Shown piece by piece: positions 58,019 to 64,000 of a stretch of 64,000 bases of DNA. The notes below the pieces were generated by a model. That model searched no databases. It was not told the DNA's origin and saw nothing but the letters and a program-made list of their open reading frames with translations. Position 1 is the stretch's first letter. The number at the start of each line of letters is the position of its first letter. The position numbers were made by a program, and so were the translations under genes. This DNA comes from a virus. Location of the stretch: the IMG/VR virus record IMGVR_UViG_3300033146_004128, positions 96,001 through 160,000 of that record; one strand, given 5' to 3'.

Positions 58019-58353
58019 TATTCATATTCCTTATGTGGGTAGTCTATAGTCATTAACCTGTCATCAAAAACAGATGATATAGATATTGTAAAGGTACTAC
58101 CTTTTCGTGTACCATCTCTTGTTGCGGATATTGCAACCATTCCGTCTCCGGATATTATTCCGTTCATTACCTTAAGACCATACTCATCATTAAAAGCTCC
58201 GATTGAGTAGTTTATTAGTCCAGACCTCTGCATCTTAGTAAGAGTATCAAGAGTTTTCTCTATCAGTCCTATTTCAGTATCAATATTAGAGAACTTTTTT
58301 ATCTTCCTTAGCACTCCTGATGCTTCCATTGCAGTTAGTTCACTTTTAGCCAT
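58018..58353 (-). CDS. Hypothetical protein (111 aa)
   Basis: GAAGGA RBS; overlaps neighbours on both sides. Confidence 0.65.
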   Translation of the reverse strand: MAKSELTAMEASGVLRKIKKFSNIDTEIGLIEKTLDTLTKMQRSGLINYSIGAFNDEYGLKVMNGIISGDGMVAISATRDGTRKGSTFTISISSVFDDRLMTIDYPHKEYE

Positions 58354-58570
58354 CTGTATTCCTTCTCTTGTATGTTACTATCTTTGTCAAAATACCAGTC
58401 TGATCCCAGTTCTCTTCAACATCAACAAGCTCAAGGTCAGGAGATTGCTCTATGGTTGTGAGAAGGTCTGCGTATACAGTTGCCTCTGTATGATCATCAA
58501 ATACATACATCTGAGAGTGAAAACTATACCTACTCTTCTTAGGGTTTATTCTGTCTCTCAGCCAATTCAT
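58346..58570 (-). CDS. Small hypothetical protein (74 aa)
   Basis: ATGA overlap with the upstream gene; tight packing. Confidence 0.6.
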   Translation of the reverse strand: MNWLRDRINPKKSRYSFHSQMYVFDDHTEATVYADLLTTIEQSPDLELVDVEENWDQTGILTKIVTYKRRNTDG

Positions 58571-58764
58571 TTCTTTCTCGAAATTGTTTGCTCTATCAGG
58601 CCAAAGAATCTTGACATCTTTGCATATATCTTTGGACTACACTGGTATAGTCTTCTTTTTATCAACTGAAGTTCCGTAAGAGATATATTATCTCCAAACC
58701 ATTCAGTACGGTTCTCTTCCATAAATTGTCTCAGTTTTGTGCATGATATATTTATAAAGTCCAT
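58567..58764 (-). CDS. Small hypothetical protein (65 aa)
   Basis: GAGGGG RBS; tight packing. Confidence 0.55.
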   Translation of the reverse strand: MDFINISCTKLRQFMEENRTEWFGDNISLTELQLIKRRLYQCSPKIYAKMSRFFGLIEQTISRKK

Positions 58765-58782
58765 ATTTGTTCCCCCTCTCTA

Positions 58783-59013
58783 TTATGTTGTAACAACAGT
58801 GGTTACGTCAGCAAGTATACCATATATTCTCTTGGAATGCCCCTTTGCAAGCATGTATGCGCATATTCCAACTACATCACCATGCGTTGCTGCATCTTTC
58901 CCTGATAGTGGTCTTCGAGCTGATGACTCAGCATCAATAAACATTGTCTTTGTTTTTGACATAGAGCTCATTTCTGGACCGGTTACTATTCCTATTTGTT
59001 TCTTAAACTTCAT
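58783..59013 (-). CDS. Small hypothetical protein (76 aa)
   Basis: GAAGGA RBS, 3 nt after the upstream stop. Confidence 0.55.
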   Translation of the reverse strand: MKFKKQIGIVTGPEMSSMSKTKTMFIDAESSARRPLSGKDAATHGDVVGICAYMLAKGHSKRIYGILADVTTVVTT

Positions 59014-59016
59014 ATA

Positions 59017-62000
59017 TTATCCTTCCTCTATAAGTAGTGTTGACACAACTTTTCCATCAATCTCTTCTGTTCCCCATGTAAGGGTTGGGTTATTTACAGG
59101 TGTTGCTCCCAGTGGTATCCCTCCTCCTCCACTAGCTAGTCCAGCCATATACTCAATTTTTGATATGCTATTACTGATATAGGTTCCCAGGTCAGAAGAC
59201 GTGTGTATTGCTCTTATGCTAGTAACGATATCATCCTTCCACGTGAAAGAGTTATGAGCTCCTATGTGCCCTACCCATGAAACGAAGACAGAGTAAGGAA
59301 GTATCTCATCAGCAAACTCATCCGCCTCAAAAATTAGTCCGATGATCTTGTTGAAGTTTTCTTCCCAATCATCATATGCGATACTGTCTTTGTTCTCTAT
59401 GAAGTACAATAGAACTTTCAAGAAAACAGTTATCAGCGGAGAGTATATACTTTCATCCTGATCTGCCTCTCCTGAATATACACTAGACTCAAGCATCATT
59501 GAAGCAAGCTCATACGGAGATAGTGAATCAAAACTCTGGTAGAACGACTGTAGGTATACTCTAGCACTGTTTATGGACACGATGCTTCCATCATCAGCTA
59601 TCTCTATGGCATCAGTAAGTAGAGCTAGTACTGACTCATTATATTTCTTGGAATACCCATTAGGTGAGTGATTCAATGCTAGGTCTACATTCGTAGAAAA
59701 GAAACCTGTTCTTACAAGCTCTCCATACAGCCTATCTTCTATCCCAGTATCATCAGGTATTTGTATGCTAATGACTTTTCCAAGGGACACATCTGTGCCT
59801 TCCATGAGCCATTGCCCATCATTGAAGGTTGCACGTGATGGAGACGGAGGATCATATAGTGAGGACTCAGGAAACGTAAGTGCATGTATTGAACCTGTAA
59901 GATGAAAAATAAGCTGACCTTCGGTAACTGTGGTCCCAAGAGCGTAGTTTTTTGACTGAAGAGCAAGGGCTTGGTTTCTCATGTTCCTGAAATACAACTT
60001 TGACATTGTTACTGTTGCATCTATGGGTATGCCACCTATTCCGTAGTTATTCTCAGGTGCAGCCTCCGGCTCATTAACGCCAAAAACAAAGTCTGCAAAT
60101 TTATCATCACTATAGAACCCAGACAATTTTGATGCATCCACTACGTATGCTCCTGCCAAGGCTATAAACCTTTGTTCCCGCAGTCCATCATCTATTTGCA
60201 TTGCAAGCTCCATTAGGTACTTGTATACTTCATCTACATCATTTTCACTTAGTTGTGGAAGAAGCGCATAATTAATAAACCCTTCAAGAACTTCATTTCC
60301 CAGTATTCTTCGTATCTCCTCTATATCATCAGCGTTAAATGTATCTAGGCGAATTGGCATGGTCGCCACATCTCCAACTTGGTTATATGACTCAGTGTCC
60401 TCTTTGAGTAAGCTGTATAGGGACTCATACTTTTGACCAACATTTGGTATTCTATTTTCAAGAGCAGTGGAAAATGATGCAGTATCATCTTGCAGTACCA
60501 GCCTCTCGTAGTCTCTTGGAGATATAGTTAAGACAGCAACACCTATTGTAGACTTTGCAGCAATACTATTTGCTCCCGCCTCAACAAAGAACCATCTATT
60601 GGACTTTGCTTGCGGAGTAGCATACATTGGATATATTGCTTCAGGGAAGTTTCTTCTTGCCGGTGATACTAAATCAGAAGCGGATGCTATCCTACTCTCT
60701 TCAGATCTGACTATAGTTTCAAACCTTGGTGCAACAGTAGACACGGGTGGAACAAAATTGTTTGTATTGTCTACTAGTGTAGGAACTTGTGGGATCATCA
60801 TATACGAATCAGAGAATGCCATCCCTGAAGACACTATCTTGTTTATATCCTCATTATTTAGAGGTTCACGAATATTTGTAATTATTCCACCATCTTTTTT
60901 AAGCTGTGGCAATGATTCACTTCCTATTGTTGGAAGACCTCTAAGATCATATCTTAAAAGAGTATCTCTGTCGATAGGAGTAACATAGTTGAACTCACCA
61001 GACGTAGAGACAGTGAATGATGTCCCTGGTGACGAAGCTACAAGGGTTATGAGTGATGAAGAGTATGACGCTATAACATCTGACTGATCAGCGTTTATTC
61101 CAGCAGTAAGAGCCTGTGCTAGGGTTGCTTCGTCTACTATGTACTCATTTCCCTGAAGGCTAGGATCTATCTCTACTCTTGTGCTATTTATCTCTATGTA
61201 ATATGTATTATCTGGGTTAAATTTGATTATCTCAACTGTACCCTTCTGAGCTGTAGCTGCAGAAAAATCAGACACATGAATATACTCATACTTCTCTGCT
61301 TCTAGTGTTGACACAGTTACTGTCTGGTCAGAAGATGCTTCAATAATAATCTTCGAAGCACCTATCTCAAGTTGTACACTATCTGCTGTGGAGTATTCAT
61401 CTCCAGTATCAAACCCAGGCATAACAACAACTCTTATGTCTACATCTTGGAACGCATTAACAAGATCTCGTATGTCTGCTATTGTTGGGTATACAGGGTC
61501 AAATCCATCATGCTCAAATGTTATCAATATCTTCTCTGGATTTGAAGCGTCCTGCTCTATCGTTAGGTCGCCTTCCTCTGTAGGCACAATCATCTCAACT
61601 TCATATGACAGGGAGTCGTCAGAATTCTTTGCATACCACCCGAATACTTTGTCTCCTGCTCCATTTTCGAACACAGTTGACCAATATCCAGTGTCTAGAG
61701 ACACAGACAGATTTGCATCTGCTCCAAGTTCGTCAGATAATCCAGTTGCTATGTCTTCTGCAGTGTCGGGCGATGATGATGAATATGTATAGTCAACCCC
61801 ACCAACATTTACAGTATAATCATTCTCGTAGTTTAAAATAACTGTTAGCTCATCACGGTATAGAGATGCACTTGCTGATGCCTCTATCTCTTGGTAGTCG
61901 GCTATCTTTGACCCTGAACCTTTTAGCTCACCGTCCGAAATATCCTGCTCTATAAATGACACGTCTGCATATGATATAACTATGTTTTTTAGAGAATTAT

Positions 62001-62610
62001 CTATTGTCAGCTTTATAATATCAACATTGTCTGATCCTATATTTGGGACGTATCTAGTAATAAACGAGTCTATGTTTAATATTCCATCAGGGTCAGACAT
62101 GCTTGCTGACTCTATCTCTATGAATGGGACTGTAACATCACTACTGCTTTTTGGCATAGCCGAGCTAGATGATGATATTTCTGCTTTTGTTACAGTGTTT
62201 GACGAGTTAAGGTACCCACCAGTAATTGCGCTCTGCTCAACACTTGAAACACTTATATAAGCATTCTCCATCTCCTGTTCTATTTTAGATATTGTCCACG
62301 CTGGAGACCCGGTTTCTCCATCTACGTATTTTTCTGCAACTATGGTAAGATTGCTACCAATGGTCCTGAACTCATCGCCATCTGTAAATTGGTTTGAGTC
62401 GATCAATTCAAGTACATTTTCGACCCTCGAAGTAATTATCTTTTCTTTCATAGTGCTTACAGCCTCCATCATATAGTTTCTTTTATCACTAGTTATTTTG
62501 TTAATCAAGTTGTCGTACTCGCCAATAAGCGAGTCGACTGCATCATCTACTGATCCCAGAGAATAGCCGGAAGCTAAATTCTCCAGTAGCCAATCATTAT
62601 CGATAGCCAT
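59017..62610 (-). CDS. Large acidic virion protein (1197 aa) with two related beta-domains
   Basis: GAGGA RBS, TAATG coupling. YTVNVGGVDYTYSS...TAEDIATGLSDEL and YYIEINSTRVE...DEATLAQALTAGINA...ITLVASSPGTSFTVS resemble modules in tail sheath/fibre proteins. Confidence 0.55.
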   Translation of the reverse strand: MAIDNDWLLENLASGYSLGSVDDAVDSLIGEYDNLINKITSDKRNYMMEAVSTMKEKIITSRVENVLELIDSNQFTDGDEFRTIGSNLTIVAEKYVDGETGSPAWTISKIEQEMENAYISVSSVEQSAITGGYLNSSNTVTKAEISSSSSAMPKSSSDVTVPFIEIESASMSDPDGILNIDSFITRYVPNIGSDNVDIIKLTIDNSLKNIVISYADVSFIEQDISDGELKGSGSKIADYQEIEASASASLYRDELTVILNYENDYTVNVGGVDYTYSSSSPDTAEDIATGLSDELGADANLSVSLDTGYWSTVFENGAGDKVFGWYAKNSDDSLSYEVEMIVPTEEGDLTIEQDASNPEKILITFEHDGFDPVYPTIADIRDLVNAFQDVDIRVVVMPGFDTGDEYSTADSVQLEIGASKIIIEASSDQTVTVSTLEAEKYEYIHVSDFSAATAQKGTVEIIKFNPDNTYYIEINSTRVEIDPSLQGNEYIVDEATLAQALTAGINADQSDVIASYSSSLITLVASSPGTSFTVSTSGEFNYVTPIDRDTLLRYDLRGLPTIGSESLPQLKKDGGIITNIREPLNNEDINKIVSSGMAFSDSYMMIPQVPTLVDNTNNFVPPVSTVAPRFETIVRSEESRIASASDLVSPARRNFPEAIYPMYATPQAKSNRWFFVEAGANSIAAKSTIGVAVLTISPRDYERLVLQDDTASFSTALENRIPNVGQKYESLYSLLKEDTESYNQVGDVATMPIRLDTFNADDIEEIRRILGNEVLEGFINYALLPQLSENDVDEVYKYLMELAMQIDDGLREQRFIALAGAYVVDASKLSGFYSDDKFADFVFGVNEPEAAPENNYGIGGIPIDATVTMSKLYFRNMRNQALALQSKNYALGTTVTEGQLIFHLTGSIHALTFPESSLYDPPSPSRATFNDGQWLMEGTDVSLGKVISIQIPDDTGIEDRLYGELVRTGFFSTNVDLALNHSPNGYSKKYNESVLALLTDAIEIADDGSIVSINSARVYLQSFYQSFDSLSPYELASMMLESSVYSGEADQDESIYSPLITVFLKVLLYFIENKDSIAYDDWEENFNKIIGLIFEADEFADEILPYSVFVSWVGHIGAHNSFTWKDDIVTSIRAIHTSSDLGTYISNSISKIEYMAGLASGGGGIPLGATPVNNPTLTWGTEEIDGKVVSTLLIEEG

Positions 62611-64000
62611 TAGTTTTCCTCTAGTGTCTCTAGTCTAGTAAATATATCTGCCATCTTTTGCTTATAGTCAGCATTTAAGGCACGCACTGTCTCTGATGTT
62701 TTTTTAGATAAATCCGAAACAGTCTGAACTGCATCTGAAATATCAATTACCATCTCTGCTGCTTTTGTATGTAGCAATGCAGTATCCATGTCTCTATACA
62801 CTACTTCAGGAGGAAGCAATGAGGCATCTAGCTCATCAGTTACCTCTGCATAGTGAAGAGTGAAGTCTTTCGCATTTCTGATGTATAGTGCCACTCTACC
62901 TGCGCTATATCCAGTCTCTTCGATAGACAAGTGTTTGAACGGTGCATCTTGTGCAAAGTCCCCATTTATCTTTCTGAATCTTAGAGTTTTTCCGAATGGG
63001 CCAAATGATATAATCATCTCATACTTTTCATTCTCGTCAGACGTGATAAACGACTCAGATACAGGCATATGTCCAGTAGCGGTATAAGGATTGTAGTCTG
63101 AACCCTTAAGGTCAAAACACATGTCTCCTCCATTGTCGACTTTTGCAAGTATTGCGCCTTTTATTGCACCACGTATCCCTGTAAAGACAGTGTCGTATCC
63201 ATCTCTACCTACTATAATAGGCTCAACTGATCCATCTGCAGCAGTGTATTTGTGGTACGTTTGATCAAGTGAATCATTCTGTATTCCGCCCATGATGTTT
63301 ATGCCTGTAATATCTCTAAGCATAGGGAACATGTCGTATGTATCATCTGACGATGAGGTACTTCTTGAGTCACCAATCTTGTTCCCAACTATATCATCAA
63401 GATATGCAGGTGCCGTACCAACAACAACAATACTTCTGTCTTTCAGTACAACAATAGAGAATGTCTCCCCTGCAATAACATCAATAGGCTGAGATCCTGC
63501 AGGAATAGATGTAACCTCTTCAGTTCCTGAGATACCTGATCCCCACTGATACACCTTGCCATCCTCGGCAAGCATAACATTTCTGTTGGCGCCTGAGCTA
63601 ACCTTTAGAGATTTCTGACTAGGAACCGTTGTTCCTGAACCATGAAGTGTTCCATTAAGTTCTGTTGTTATGAGGTAGTCTTCTCCTGCAGTGATCGCAA
63701 CTGATACATGGTTGATGCCTGATGTATCAAGAGAGCCTGTTGTCTCTATGGTTCCGTCTCTCTTGAGAATGGATACAAAGCTTTCGCCTGACGCAATACT
63801 GATAGGTCTGTCATTCTCATCAAAGTTAACACATGAGTCTGGTATAGCTATTGTTCCACTATGATCATCTCCATACATCTCAACAGCACCACCAACTCTC
63901 ATCACTACAGTGTATCCATCTCCACACGCAACCATCTCTACTGTCTCTGGAGATAGTATGTCAAGTTGTCCGTATGTATTGTCTCCTGATGTTCCTATGC
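62610..64000 (-). CDS. RCC1/BLIP-II-repeat beta-propeller protein with a C-terminal coiled coil, 5'-truncated by the window edge
   Basis: The frame is open to the window end (GDNTYGQL upstream of the listed Met). Repeats VACGDGYTVVMRVGGAV, IASGESFVSILKRDGTI, ITAGEDY, VSSGANRNVMLAEDGKVYQWG, VIAGETFSIVVLKD. Confidence 0.8.
   Translation of the reverse strand, partial: IGTSGDNTYGQLDILSPETVEMVACGDGYTVVMRVGGAVEMYGDDHSGTIAIPDSCVNFDENDRPISIASGESFVSILKRDGTIETTGSLDTSGINHVSVAITAGEDYLITTELNGTLHGSGTTVPSQKSLKVSSGANRNVMLAEDGKVYQWGSGISGTEEVTSIPAGSQPIDVIAGETFSIVVLKDRSIVVVGTAPAYLDDIVGNKIGDSRSTSSSDDTYDMFPMLRDITGINIMGGIQNDSLDQTYHKYTAADGSVEPIIVGRDGYDTVFTGIRGAIKGAILAKVDNGGDMCFDLKGSDYNPYTATGHMPVSESFITSDENEKYEMIISFGPFGKTLRFRKINGDFAQDAPFKHLSIEETGYSAGRVALYIRNAKDFTLHYAEVTDELDASLLPPEVVYRDMDTALLHTKAAEMVIDISDAVQTVSDLSKKTSETVRALNADYKQKMADIFTRLETLEEN

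Noticed and set aside
806-63492. Numerous 60-200 aa antisense or alternate-frame ORFs in the track
   Set aside because: All are nested in long genes on the dominant strand, lack RBSs and look like off-frame translations. The exception is 39748-40038, explained by the frameshift.
1-64000. Stop-codon reassignment (code 15 or code 4), as in some large phages
   Set aside because: Genes are long and tile the window under code 11. TAG and TGA stops are directly followed by RBS and ATG (e.g. 20150, 27609, 604).
1-64000. CRISPR array, tRNA/rRNA genes, IS elements, introns or inteins
   Set aside because: No intergenic gap exceeds about 130 nt. I saw no spaced direct repeats, cloverleaf, transposase, HNH/LAGLIDADG or intein-terminal motifs.

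Overview
The whole window is a gene-dense late/virion-morphogenesis region of a large tailed dsDNA bacteriophage (jumbo-type, probably contractile-tailed), in standard genetic code 11. One long + strand block (1-37.9 kb) carries about 29 kb of large orphan, probably virion, genes. These are followed by the terminase large subunit, a head module (scaffold-like protein, decoration protein, major capsid protein, acidic internal protein), a phage-encoded sigma70-family factor and a probable neck protein. A convergent - strand block (64-37.9 kb) carries an RCC1-repeat protein, baseplate/fibre-like genes, a three-gene cluster of acidic/cationic precursor proteins, a 1913-aa tape measure protein, GroES, a deletion-bearing GroEL, and a tail-assembly-chaperone gene with a clear -1 frameshift signal (UUUUUUA, 7-nt spacer, stem-loop). 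The most striking observation is a hydrophobic-x-K-x-A motif repeated through six head-associated proteins. In the 50.3-53.2 kb cluster it separates strongly acidic spacers from cationic, Gly/Ala-rich amphipathic segments. This suggests virion-packaged polyproteins that a maturation protease cuts into membrane-active or DNA-binding peptides (inference, untested). GroES features, AAGGA ribosome-binding sites and promoter shape point to a Campylobacterota host (inference). I found no tRNA, rRNA, CRISPR array, integrase or transposase, and could not recognise a portal, prohead protease, tail sheath or tail tube. All assignments come from motif recognition by eye; no database searches were run.
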